DNA of 64,000 nucleotides from Alphaproteobacteria bacterium (lineage in GTDB: Bacteria; Pseudomonadota; Alphaproteobacteria; UBA828): positions 909,933 through 973,932 of the forward strand of contig CAXXMU010000002.1 of the NCBI GenBank assembly GCA_963667785.2, in the 5' to 3' direction. Within the stretch, counting starts at the first letter, position 1; each line of letters opens with the position of its first letter. A model generated the notes under the pieces. It was not told the origin of the DNA and did no database searches. It was given only the letters and a program-made list of their open reading frames with translations. Both the position numbers and the translations under genes were made by a program. Of this stretch, positions 30,379-39,787 are shown in pieces.

Positions 30379-30680
30379 TTTATGCAGAGCCTCGGCAAGC
30401 GCGGATTTGCGCATGTCGCCCCGGGCTGTAGAAAGAGCCTGAAGGCGACCGGCACGGCCTGGGCGACGCCGCCTGGCACGGCCTCGATGTCATGGCGATG
30501 CGCCCGGCCGAGCGGCGCGACGTCCAATCCCTTCGCAGGCGGCGGCCTCAGGGTGGGCGGAGACGTCGTACACGCTGTTTAAGTGAGGCGATTACCGCTT
30601 GTTCCATCAAGGGGAAAAAGTCGAAGCCGTAGCGACGGGGCTGGCCGGGGTGGGAGATAGCGGTTTCAGGAGCACTCCAT

Positions 30681-31349
30681 ATGGAAGAAAGAATCGAACA
30701 CACCACGCTCGCTGAAAAGGCTTACGAAAAGGTCCGGTCCGGACTGATCTCCGCCCGCTTCGAGCCGGGAGAGATACTGCGGATCAGGAGCCTGGCGGCC
30801 GAATACGGCATTTCGGCGACGCCGGTTCGCGAGGCACTGCAACGTCTCGTGGCCGAGAACGCTCTGGAGCTTCAGCCGAACAAGTCGTTCAAGGTTCCGG
30901 TCCTGTCGACGGCACGCTTCGAAGAGGTTCGTCGAATTCGCTGCGCTCTGGAGCCCATGGCTGCTGAACTCGCCTGCCCCAATATTACAAAGCAGGAAAT
31001 GCAGATCCTGGCGTCATTGGTCGAACAAATGGATCGGTCCATCGATAATTTGAACAGTGCGGACTACACGATACAGAATGAGCAATTTCATTTTTTCATT
31101 TACGAAAGGGCCAATTCACCGTTGTTACTGGACATGATCCGAGACCTTTGGGTGCAGGTCGCGCCCTTCTTCAACAGACTGTTCCAGGGGTCTGACTATC
31201 TTCGCAACAGCAATTACTGGCACAAGCATATCGTCGATGCCTTGAGAAACGGGGATGTGAACGAGGTGAGCCGCGGCATCTTCAGCGACATCGAAACTGC
31301 CGGAAACGAGCTTCGACTCATATTGGAAGACTCGGAAAAAACGGACTGA
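30681..31349 (+). CDS. GntR family (FCD/FadR-type) transcriptional regulator
   Basis: LAEKAY...F.PG, GISATPVREAL HTH, NEQFH..IY and H..IVDAL FCD motifs; AGGAG RBS. Confidence 0.93.
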   Translation: MEERIEHTTLAEKAYEKVRSGLISARFEPGEILRIRSLAAEYGISATPVREALQRLVAENALELQPNKSFKVPVLSTARFEEVRRIRCALEPMAAELACPNITKQEMQILASLVEQMDRSIDNLNSADYTIQNEQFHFFIYERANSPLLLDMIRDLWVQVAPFFNRLFQGSDYLRNSNYWHKHIVDALRNGDVNEVSRGIFSDIETAGNELRLILEDSEKTD

Positions 31350-31441
31350 TCGCGACGCTATCTCCCGTCACACCGTTTCGACTCTTGCTCGATCCAACAA
31401 TCCGCCACGAGACTCCTCCGAATTGCGCGACGAGCCTCCAC

Positions 31442-31480
31442 GGGCGAGGAGAGAGCCGGGGAGGTGGGGGCAATCCGGCC
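31442..31480 (+). repeat. Degenerate partial copy of repeat family 2
   Basis: GGGCGAGGAGAGAGCCGGGGAGGTGGGGGCAATCCGG resembles 54223-54259 GGGGAGGAGAGGGTCGGGGAGAGGTGGGGGTATCCGG. Confidence 0.5.
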
Positions 31481-31546
31481 CGCGCTGCTTGCGAGACGGT
31501 AACCCGGCGCTAACCGGGCAACGACCGCGTCCGCTTGGACAATGCC

Positions 31547-32011
31547 CTAACCCGCGCGCAGGCGGTCGAGCGCGCCCTGCAGGATGTAGGCGGCCGCCAC
31601 CTGATCCACGACCCGCGCGCGCTTGCGGCGCGAGAGATCGGCGGCGAGCAGGGAGCGCTCGGCGGCGACCGTCGACCAGCGCTCGTCCCAGAGCGCGACG
31701 GGCGGCGCCAGCGCGTCCGCCAGCCGTCCGGCCACGTCGCGGGCGGACTGCGCGCGCGGCCCCTCGCTCCCGTCCATGTTGACCGGGAGCCCCACCACGA
31801 TGCCGCCGATGCCCTCCTCCGCGATCAGCGCGCGCAGCATCTCGATGTCGCGCGAGAGCCTGGTCCGTCTCAGCGTGGTGCGTGCGGTCGCGATGGTGCG
31901 GGTCGCGTCGGAGACGGCGATGCCGATGGTCTTCGCGCCGAGATCGAGTCCCATCAGGCGCGCTCCCGGCGCCAGCAGGCCGCTCATCTCGGTGAGATCG
32001 CAGATCGCCAT
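31547..32011 (-). CDS. ruvX: RuvX/YqgF pre-16S rRNA nuclease
   Basis: GLDLGAKTIGIAVSD, VVGLP.NMDGSEG, WDERWST, VDQVAAAYILQ. Confidence 0.95.
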   Translation of the reverse strand: MAICDLTEMSGLLAPGARLMGLDLGAKTIGIAVSDATRTIATARTTLRRTRLSRDIEMLRALIAEEGIGGIVVGLPVNMDGSEGPRAQSARDVAGRLADALAPPVALWDERWSTVAAERSLLAADLSRRKRARVVDQVAAAYILQGALDRLRAG

Positions 32012-32127
32012 GGGTCGCTGCGCTCCCTTTAGCATATCCCTCAGGCGCCGGGCGCTCGCTCCGCTCACTTGGCTTTCGCGCCATTCGGCGCGCGGCGCAT
32101 TCGCGCCGTCCGGGCCTGCCGGCCCGG

Positions 32128-33594
32128 CTACTCTGCCGCAAGCGCCTCGGCCGTCTCGACGATGCGGATCCAGGCCGCCTCGACATGCGCGCAGCGGGTC
32201 GCGGGCGCGCCGACCGCGAGGCGCAGGACGAGCCGGTCGTTGAGCCGCGTGTGGGTGAGGTAGAGCGCGCCTGACTCGTTGAGCCGGTTCATCAGCGCCT
32301 CGGTGAGCGCATCGCCCGCCCGGTGGCGGAAGCACACCAGCCCGACAGAGACCGGCGCGGCCAGCTCGAATCCCGCGCTCTCCTCCACGCGCGCCGCGAA
32401 CCATTCGGCGAGCGCGACGCAGTGCCTGACGTGGGCGCGCAGGCCCTCGGCCCCGTAGTGGCGGATCACGAACCAGAGCTTCAGCGCCCGGAAGCGGCGG
32501 CCGAGCGGCACCTGCCAGTCGCGGTAGTCGATGACCGCGCCCGAGTCCGTCGCCCGGTTGCGCAGATATTCCGGAAGCACGCTCAGGGCGTCGATCAGCG
32601 CGGCCCGGTCGGCGACCCAGAAGCAGCTGCAGTCGAAGTTGGTGAGCAGCCACTTGTGCGGGTTGAAGGTGTAGCTGTCCGCCAGCTCGACCCCGTCGAT
32701 GAGGCCGCGGTGCTCGGGGCAGATGGTGGCGCTGCCCGCGTGGGCTGCGTCGACGTGGAGCCAGACGCCCGCGCGGCGGCAGATCTCGCCGATGGGCCGC
32801 AGCGGATCGACGGCGCCGGAGGAGGTGGTGCCCACGGTCGCGCACACCATCGCGGGCACGGCGCCGGCGGCGCGATCGGCCGCGATGGCCGCCTCGAGCG
32901 CGGCCGGGTCCATGGCGTGGCTGCCGTCGACCTCGACGAGCCGCAGGTTGTCGCGCCCCAGGCCCGCGATCTTCACGCCCTTCTCGACCGAGGAATGGGC
33001 GTGCCGGGAGATGTAGACGGTGAGCCGCCGCGCCGCCGCATCCCCCGGCCCCGAGCCCCGCCCGACGCCATGGCGGTTGGCGGCACCACCGCTCGCGCGC
33101 TCGCGGGCCGCGATGAGGGCGGTGAGCGTACTGCTCGATGCGCTGTCCTGAATCACGCCACCGCCGGCCGCGCCGGAGCGGAACCCCGGCGGCAGCCCGA
33201 GCAGGTCGACCAGCCAGTCGAGCACATGGGTCTCGAGCTCGGTGCAGGCGGGACTCGTCGCCCAGATCATGCCCTGGACGCCGAGGCCGGCGGCGAGCAG
33301 ATCGCCCAGGATCGAGGGGCCGGAGGCGTTCGCCGGGAAGTAGGCGAAGAAGTTCGGCGACTGCCAGTGCGTGAGGCCGGGCAGGATGACCTCGTCGATG
33401 TCGCGCAGCACGTCCGCGAAGGGCTCGCCCCGCTCGGGCGCGGCATCCGGCAGGCGCGCGCGGACCGAGCCGGGCTCGGCGCGCGAGAGCACCGGGTAGC
33501 GCTCGACTTCCTCCATGTAGCGGGCGATCCGCTCGACGAGTTGCGCGCCCCGGTGGCGGAACTCGTCCGGCGTCATGTGACCGGCGTCGTCCAT
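32128..33594 (-). CDS. PLP-dependent aromatic-L-amino-acid decarboxylase (group II, DDC-like)
   Basis: THWQSPNFFAYFP, SPACTELE, HSSVEK, HVDAA, FNPHKWL (PLP Lys), DWQVPLGRRFRALKLW. Confidence 0.92.
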   Translation of the reverse strand: MDDAGHMTPDEFRHRGAQLVERIARYMEEVERYPVLSRAEPGSVRARLPDAAPERGEPFADVLRDIDEVILPGLTHWQSPNFFAYFPANASGPSILGDLLAAGLGVQGMIWATSPACTELETHVLDWLVDLLGLPPGFRSGAAGGGVIQDSASSSTLTALIAARERASGGAANRHGVGRGSGPGDAAARRLTVYISRHAHSSVEKGVKIAGLGRDNLRLVEVDGSHAMDPAALEAAIAADRAAGAVPAMVCATVGTTSSGAVDPLRPIGEICRRAGVWLHVDAAHAGSATICPEHRGLIDGVELADSYTFNPHKWLLTNFDCSCFWVADRAALIDALSVLPEYLRNRATDSGAVIDYRDWQVPLGRRFRALKLWFVIRHYGAEGLRAHVRHCVALAEWFAARVEESAGFELAAPVSVGLVCFRHRAGDALTEALMNRLNESGALYLTHTRLNDRLVLRLAVGAPATRCAHVEAAWIRIVETAEALAAE

Positions 33595-33680
33595 GGGCAG
33601 GTCCTTATGCGTCGTTCGCTGCCGGCCGTGACGGCCGGGCCCGCCATGTTATCGTGCCGGGGGCGGAAGGGAGACAGCGC

Positions 33681-34436
33681 ATGAGGCTGGACGGCAAGGT
33701 GGCGATCGTCACCGGCGGCTCGCGCGGGATCGGCGCCAGCATCGCGCGACGCCTCGGCGCGGACGGTGCTGCCATCGCGGTGGTGGCGCACAGGGCACGC
33801 GAGAAGGCGGAGGCTGTGGCGGGCGAGATCGTCGCCGCCGGCGGCCGCGCGGCGCCGTTCCAGGCGGACGTCTCGCGCGTCGCGGACTGCGAGCGGCTGG
33901 CGGCCGAGGTGGTGGCCGCCTTCGGCACCGTCGACATCCTCGTCAACAATGCCGGCGTCTACCACCCGCTTCCCATGGAGGAGACCACCGAGGCGCTCTG
34001 GGACGCGCAGATCGACATCAACCTCAAGGGCAGCTTCTTCATGGCCAAGGCGGTGGCGCCGGTGATGAAGGCCAGGGGCTCCGGCAAGATCGTCAACATC
34101 ACGTCCACGCTCGGCGTCGTCGGCTCGAGCGCCGGCGCCGCCTATTGCGCGTCGAAGGGCGGCCAGATGCTGCTCACCAAGGCGCTCGGCCTGGAGCTCG
34201 GGCCGCACGGGATCAACGTCAACGCGGTGGGGCCCGGTGCCACGAGAACCGACATGAACGCGGCGATCCGCGCCCAGCCCGGCAGGGAGGAGCGGATGGA
34301 GGCCATCGCGCCGCTGGGCCGTTACTGGATGGAGGCCGACGATGTCTCCGGCGCCGTTGCCTACCTCGTGTCGTCTGAAGCGGACGCCGTGCACGGCGCG
34401 CACCTCATGATCGACCTCGGCTGGACGGCCTGGTAG
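33681..34436 (+). CDS. SDR family oxidoreductase
   Basis: TGGSRGIG, NNAG, YCASK. Confidence 0.92.
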   Translation: MRLDGKVAIVTGGSRGIGASIARRLGADGAAIAVVAHRAREKAEAVAGEIVAAGGRAAPFQADVSRVADCERLAAEVVAAFGTVDILVNNAGVYHPLPMEETTEALWDAQIDINLKGSFFMAKAVAPVMKARGSGKIVNITSTLGVVGSSAGAAYCASKGGQMLLTKALGLELGPHGINVNAVGPGATRTDMNAAIRAQPGREERMEAIAPLGRYWMEADDVSGAVAYLVSSEADAVHGAHLMIDLGWTAW

Positions 34437-34474
34437 CGCGCCCCGGTGGGGCCTGCGCGACTTTCACGACCGAA

Positions 34475-34555
34475 GCTGACGCGACCGCGCACCCCGCGAG
34501 CACGCTGGTCAACAGGCCGGCGAACGACGACGAGAGGTGTGTGGAGCCGTTCGCG
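34475..34555 (+). pseudogene. 3' remnant of an SOS-response-associated peptidase (SRAP/YedK) gene
   Basis: From 34481 reads ATAHPASTLVNRPANDDERCVEP, matching the SRAP C-terminal pattern HPVS..VN...ND....EP; no start codon or N-terminal part. Confidence 0.55.
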
Positions 34556-34563
34556 GGCAAAAG

Positions 34564-36201
34564 CTACGCCCCAAAAATGTCACTCCTGAGCCTTTGATAT
34601 ACTCCAGTGTCGGAGGTCACTAACGGTGTAAGGATATCCCGCATAAAGGCTTCTTTGGTTGACCCCGATCTATCGAGACTAAGATATTTTCTTGCAGCTT
34701 GATGCACCGCCTGTGCAGCAGGCTTAAGATCATCACTTGCTCTTCCTTCCCGTCTATTGGCAAGAAGTGCATCATCCCTTGCGCTCTTCAACATACCCGA
34801 CGCTTCTGGCGCACTCGCACTCGTGCAAAGTTTTTCCAGAACTGAATCTGACAATAGCAACGATTCTAGGTTTCTAAATCCCGACAATACTCGTATACCC
34901 TTTTCTCTAGCCTCGTTCACTTGGACTTCCGTTAGATCATCCCTATCTCGAAACGTTATGATCTCCGTACCTTGTACAATTTGTCTAAGCAACGGCACGA
35001 GCCGTACCATTCGACTCTCCAAATCCTCTGCCGAACCGGCGGATATGAAGCGAGTACGAGGAAACTCTTTCGCAAATATCCGATTATAGCAAGATTCATC
35101 AAAGGCTTCTCCGTAACTTGTCGAATGCCCCTCACACAGCACTATTCGTTCCGGTGCAATCAAGTTACCGAGATCTGCAAGCGCCACATCATAGTGTTTT
35201 GACCAAAATGATTGATCTGGTGATGATGGCTCTATCACCTCCGTGCGGTCGTAATTCCGCTCCACACCATCATCACGGTATCCGAAGTCCAAGAAGACAA
35301 CCTCGTCGGGATTCGCTGTTCTCAACTCCTCAGCCTTCCGTACCATTCCGATTGAGTGTGTCGCTATCCATAGCTGCGACCCGCACGGTACTAACCTGAT
35401 GAGCTCCTCCAACATCTGTCCCTGCAATCGGGTGTTGAGGTGCACCTCGGGTTCATCTATGCAGTATAATGAGTCATTATAAAATACGCGATTCGCTACA
35501 ACGTCAAGCAGAAGATCGAATGCAGCTTTCTCTCCACCCGACAAGTTTTCATATAGAAAATGAGAAATCTCTCCTTTGGAAAAGGTAAATGACCCTCTTT
35601 CCTCGGGCGTGACGAGGGCATCCAACACCAAGTCGCCAAACACACGAATCATAGTGTCCTTCAAATCACCGATTGTTCTTTCCATAATTTGATCGGTGGT
35701 CAGACCCGGAGTCGTGACCTGTTGCAGAAGACGCCATATCAAGCGGCGGTAATTGGATTCAACGGTTTTGTCATCATCAATCAGGCGTTTAACGCGAAGT
35801 TCTTCTAATACATTTCCGGTGGACGAAATTGTTACGTTGCGAAAGGATGGGTCGTGACGATATGCTGTACGCAAATATATACTTTTCTTATAGTCCTCTG
35901 GCGACTCTGGTCCAGACTCATGAAATACTAATCTAACTCGTTTTTGCATTTCTGAATTGAAATTTTGTATTTTTTCTCTGTTTGGAAGCGATGATAGTCT
36001 GTCGAAGTAATCCCATAGATCAGAATCAAGTCCATAAAAGCGAGCCATCTTGAGATGACTATATAGTGCGTCAAAGAAGGACGATTTCCCGCATCCGTTC
36101 GGGCCTAGAAGAACCAGTAGGCGCGCAGTAGGGGGAATATTGCGGATGTGGAGATCCGCGAAACGTTTGAAATTGCTGATTTCGGCTGACTGGAGTTTCA
36201 T
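34564..36201 (-). CDS. ABC-type ATPase fused to a TOPRIM-like domain (OLD/PARIS/GajA-like), AT-rich
   Basis: ISNFKRF, Walker A GPNGCGKS, LSGGE, Walker B CIDEPE.HL, ATHS; C-terminal IVLCEG...FRDRDD...ESLL TOPRIM-type acidic motifs. Confidence 0.8.
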   Translation of the reverse strand: MKLQSAEISNFKRFADLHIRNIPPTARLLVLLGPNGCGKSSFFDALYSHLKMARFYGLDSDLWDYFDRLSSLPNREKIQNFNSEMQKRVRLVFHESGPESPEDYKKSIYLRTAYRHDPSFRNVTISSTGNVLEELRVKRLIDDDKTVESNYRRLIWRLLQQVTTPGLTTDQIMERTIGDLKDTMIRVFGDLVLDALVTPEERGSFTFSKGEISHFLYENLSGGEKAAFDLLLDVVANRVFYNDSLYCIDEPEVHLNTRLQGQMLEELIRLVPCGSQLWIATHSIGMVRKAEELRTANPDEVVFLDFGYRDDGVERNYDRTEVIEPSSPDQSFWSKHYDVALADLGNLIAPERIVLCEGHSTSYGEAFDESCYNRIFAKEFPRTRFISAGSAEDLESRMVRLVPLLRQIVQGTEIITFRDRDDLTEVQVNEAREKGIRVLSGFRNLESLLLSDSVLEKLCTSASAPEASGMLKSARDDALLANRREGRASDDLKPAAQAVHQAARKYLSLDRSGSTKEAFMRDILTPLVTSDTGVYQRLRSDIFGA

Positions 36202-36482
36202 GAGTAAGTCGCCATTGCGCTGGGGAACGGTGTCGGTGCTTCAAACCCGCCAAGGGTTCAAGGCTTGCGTCGCCCTGATGGAGCGCGCCAAGCCCGTAAC
36301 TGGAGTCAGCTCGCCTGGTTCGCCCAGAAATAGGTACCTCCTCGCTTGAAATCTCGGCGGCGCGGAATTCTGGCCATTTCTCGCCGTGAAGTGCCCTCGC
36401 GCCCGAAACGCGAGAAGATGCGCACCTAGGCGCTTCGTGCGTCCGCATATTGGTAGAACGCGCCGCCGAAGGCGCGGGGGTA

Positions 36483-36770
36483 TTACTTCGTGCCGGCGGC
36501 CCTGCGCAGCGCGGCCGAGGGGCGGAACTTCAGCACCTTCGACGCCCTGATCCTGATCGCCTCGCCGGTCTGCGGATTGCGGCCCTTGCGCCCCTTGCGC
36601 TTGACGACGGTGAAGGTGCCGAAGTTGCCGATAGCGTAGCGGCCTTCCTTCTTCGACCGCTTCAGCCCGGCCTCCATCTCGCCCAGCACCAAGTCCACCG
36701 TGCGCTTGGCCTCGGCCTTGCTCATCTTGCCCTTCTTGGCAACGTTCTCGATGAATGCGGCTCTGCTCAT
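36483..36770 (-). CDS. HU family DNA-binding protein
   Basis: NFGTF.V..RKGRKGRNPQTGE.I.I.AS...KFRPS; GAGGAG RBS. Confidence 0.92.
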   Translation of the reverse strand: MSRAAFIENVAKKGKMSKAEAKRTVDLVLGEMEAGLKRSKKEGRYAIGNFGTFTVVKRKGRKGRNPQTGEAIRIRASKVLKFRPSAALRRAAGTK

Positions 36771-36932
36771 GTCCCGCAGCTCCTCTTCGTTCGCGGTTGC
36801 GACTCGACCGTCAACTAAACCGCTACATATAGCGGTTTTCGCGCACGTGGCTACCAGAAATGCCAAGCAGGCCGGGCCTCTTCGCGCCCCTCCGGTGCCG
36901 GTCGCGCGCGCCCGGCGGCGCGGCCCCGGCCC

Positions 36933-37535
36933 TCAGTCGACGCGGCAGGTGATGCGCCAGTCGATCGCGCCGGCCTTGTCGCGGCGCGCGTAGCTCACGC
37001 GGGACTTCTTGAGCTCCGCGCGGGCGATCTCGACCAGCCCCTCCTTGAGCTCGGGCGGAAGCGCGTCGAGGTCGAGGGTGACGGTGATGGGGTCGCGGCG
37101 CTTGCGCGGCTTCGAGCGCCGGCCGGCCGCGCGCGGGCGCGGCGCCTCCGCGCCGTCCGCCGCCTCGTCGCCGTTCTTCCCGTTCCCCCAGATGGCGTCC
37201 CAGCCACTGCGGTAGGCGGGCGAGCGCACGCTCGAGAAGTAGCCGTAGTGAACGTCGGCCTTGCCGCCGATGGACTCGCGAGCGGACTTGCCGCCCTCCG
37301 TGCCGCTCTCGCTGCCGCCCTCGCTGCCGCCGGCCGCGCCGCTCTCCTTGCCGCCGTCCCCGCCGCTGTCCTTGCCAGTGTCTGGGGCCTTGGCCTCGGC
37401 GGACGTGGCGGCGGCGCCTGCCGTGTCGTCCTTGGCCTTGGTCTTGGCGCCGGCGCTCTCGCTCTTCTTCTTGGGCGCCGATTCGGTCTTGGGGGTCTTG
37501 GGCTTCGATGCCTTGCTGCTCTTGGCTTCGCTCAT
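36933..37535 (-). CDS. Hypothetical protein with Lys/Ser/Gly-rich low-complexity N-terminus
   Basis: GC-rich third codon positions like neighbouring genes; ordered-looking motif YGYFSSVRSPAYRSGWDAIW and a C-terminal folded segment. Confidence 0.65.
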   Translation of the reverse strand: MSEAKSSKASKPKTPKTESAPKKKSESAGAKTKAKDDTAGAAATSAEAKAPDTGKDSGGDGGKESGAAGGSEGGSESGTEGGKSARESIGGKADVHYGYFSSVRSPAYRSGWDAIWGNGKNGDEAADGAEAPRPRAAGRRSKPRKRRDPITVTLDLDALPPELKEGLVEIARAELKKSRVSYARRDKAGAIDWRITCRVD

Positions 37536-37669
37536 CTCACTCGCTCGACGACGTCTGCATGTTCCGGCCCGCAGCGGGCTCGTCGGCCGAGGCCGCGCGC
37601 CGGGATATACGAGCAAGACCGGCCCGCATCAAGACCGAGCGTGCCGGGCGGGAAAGGCCGGAGCGCGCC

Positions 37670-38944
37670 CTACTCGGCCGCGGCCTGCCGGCGCAGGCGG
37701 GCGTGGGGCTCCTTGTGGAGCGCGCCGTCCTTCATGATCATCGCGATCCGGTCGTTGTCCTGCAGCAGGCGGACATCGGCGAGCGGGTCGCCGTCGACCA
37801 TGATGAGATCGGCGAGATAGCCCTCCTTCACCAGGCCGAGCGCGGCGCCGAAGCATTCGCCGCCGTAGCGGGTCGCCATGGTCAGCAGCTCGATCGGCGA
37901 GAAGCCCATGAGCTCCTGCCAGAGCTCGAGGTCGCGGGCGTCGCGGCCGACCGGGTTCCACTGGAAGCCGTAGTCGCCGAAGGGCAGTACGCGCACGCCG
38001 CGCCGGTGCAGCTCCTTCGTCACCGCGATGGCGCCGTCGAGCTCGCGCTTGAAGCCCCACTCCTCGGCCTTCTCCTGCGGCATGCCGTAATCGGCCATCT
38101 CGTAGAGGGTGGTGTAGGTGAGGCCGATGGCGGGGTTCACGAAGAAGCGGTCCTTGTTCGCTTCCAGCAGGTCCAGCCCCTCCTCGTCGCAGAAGTTGGC
38201 GTGGTAGATCAGGTCGATCCCGTGCTTGACGCACTGCTTGACCGCCTCGGCGGTGCGCGCGTGCGCGATGACCCGGCGCTTGTGGATGTGGGCGATGCTG
38301 GTGCAGGCGACGATCTCGTCCTCCTGCATCACGGTCATGTCGCCGGTGGCGGTGTCGTGGACGAAAAAATCGCCGGAGATCATCAGCTTCAGGTTGTCCA
38401 CGCCCTCGCGGATCATCAGGCGGGCGAACTTGCGGATCTCCTCGGGCCCGTCGCAGACCACCGCGAAGCCCTCGTGATACATGTGGTACTGCCTGAGGTC
38501 GCCGAGGCCGCCGGTCACGGTGATCTCCGGCGTGGCCGCGCGCATCCTGGGGCCGGGGATGCCGCCGGCGTCGATCTCGTTGCGGGTCGCGATGTCAAGC
38601 CGGGCCTTCGCAGACGAGCCGTTGACCGAGGCGGTGAAGCCCGCGTCCAGCATCGCCTTGACGTTGTGCATGGTGCGGAAGACGTGCTCCTCCACCGGGA
38701 GCTCGCCGGGGTCGTAGAAGTCCGCGCCCATGTTCGGATAGGTCGGGTGGCCGTGGCAGTTCACGAGGCCCGGCATGAGCGTCGCCCCGCCGCCCTCGAC
38801 GATGCGGTCGGCCGCCGTGCCGTGAGGGAAGCCGCCCTCGGCCACCCCGGCGATCCGGTTGCCCTGTACCAGGACCTCCCCGGCGAAGGGCTCGCGGCCC
38901 GAGCCGTCGAAGACGGTCACGTCGGTGATGAGAGTCTGCGCCAT
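37670..38944 (-). CDS. Metal-dependent amidohydrolase (prolidase-like/HutI superfamily)
   Basis: TLMPGLVNCHGH, GVDNLK, AHAR, IYHA, FGDYG, GYLADLIMVDGDPL. Confidence 0.9.
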   Translation of the reverse strand: MAQTLITDVTVFDGSGREPFAGEVLVQGNRIAGVAEGGFPHGTAADRIVEGGGATLMPGLVNCHGHPTYPNMGADFYDPGELPVEEHVFRTMHNVKAMLDAGFTASVNGSSAKARLDIATRNEIDAGGIPGPRMRAATPEITVTGGLGDLRQYHMYHEGFAVVCDGPEEIRKFARLMIREGVDNLKLMISGDFFVHDTATGDMTVMQEDEIVACTSIAHIHKRRVIAHARTAEAVKQCVKHGIDLIYHANFCDEEGLDLLEANKDRFFVNPAIGLTYTTLYEMADYGMPQEKAEEWGFKRELDGAIAVTKELHRRGVRVLPFGDYGFQWNPVGRDARDLELWQELMGFSPIELLTMATRYGGECFGAALGLVKEGYLADLIMVDGDPLADVRLLQDNDRIAMIMKDGALHKEPHARLRRQAAAE

Positions 38945-39199
38945 CGTGCTCTCCCTCGCCGCTCAGGCGTGCGGCGGTTGCGGGCGCCTCACGGCTGCTT
39001 CTTCTTGTTCTCGCGGCGCCGGATGATCGCTGCGCCATCTTAGCCCGCATTTCCCGCCAGGGTCATGGTCTGCGCCGCCCCGCCTGCGCTTTGCCCGGCG
39101 CCCACTCTTTGGCATGATGCGCGCGCCCGATTCCGGTGTGCCGGCAGGGAACGGGCCGTTGGCGGCCGCGCCGGCACCGCGTCGAGGGGTTCAGGAACC

Positions 39200-39763
39200 G
39201 TGCAGGCATCGCTGGATAGCTGCCCCGCCCTGGTGCTGAACGCCGACTATCGGCCGCTCAGCTACTTCCCCCTTTCAGTCTGGGGCTGGCAGGATGCGGT
39301 CAAGGCGGCGTTCCTCGACCGCGTCACGATCCTGTCTGAGTACGACCGGGCGATCCGCTCGCCGAGCACGAGCATCCGCCTGCCGAGCGTGGTCGCGCTC
39401 AAGCGCTACCGGCCGCTGGCGCGGCGGCCTGCGTTCACCCGCTTCAACGTCTTCCTGCGCGATTCCTTCACCTGCCAGTACTGCGTCGCGCCGTTCCCGG
39501 TGGAGGACCTCACCTTCGACCACCTGGTGCCGCGCTCGCGCGGCGGGCGGACCACCTGGAACAACGTTGTCACCGCCTGCAGCGCCTGCAACCTCGCGAA
39601 GGGCAACCGGCTGCCCCGGGAGTGCGGGATGCGGCCCGCGCGCAAGCCACGGCCGCCGAGCGCGCACGACCTGCACGAGACGGGCCGGCGCTTCCCGCCC
39701 CGCTACCTACACGAGAGCTGGGGCGACTACCTCTACTGGGATTCCGAACTGGAGCCGGACTAG
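39200..39763 (+). CDS. HNH endonuclease (conserved alphaproteobacterial type)
   Basis: LVLNADYRPLSYFPLS, FLRD.F.CQYC, TFDHLVPRSRGG..W.N.V.AC..CN..K, YLYWDSELE. Confidence 0.92.
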   Translation: MQASLDSCPALVLNADYRPLSYFPLSVWGWQDAVKAAFLDRVTILSEYDRAIRSPSTSIRLPSVVALKRYRPLARRPAFTRFNVFLRDSFTCQYCVAPFPVEDLTFDHLVPRSRGGRTTWNNVVTACSACNLAKGNRLPRECGMRPARKPRPPSAHDLHETGRRFPPRYLHESWGDYLYWDSELEPD

Positions 39764-39787
39764 CGCCGCCCGCGCAGGAGATCGCCC

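Noticed and set aside
36202-36482. Short ORFs or a gene remnant at the right border of the AT-rich islet
   Set aside because: No recognisable motif, att site or direct repeat matching the left border.
39200-39763. HNH nuclease as a defence or homing element
   Set aside because: Matches the widely conserved chromosomal HNH type, has host-like composition and no mobile context.
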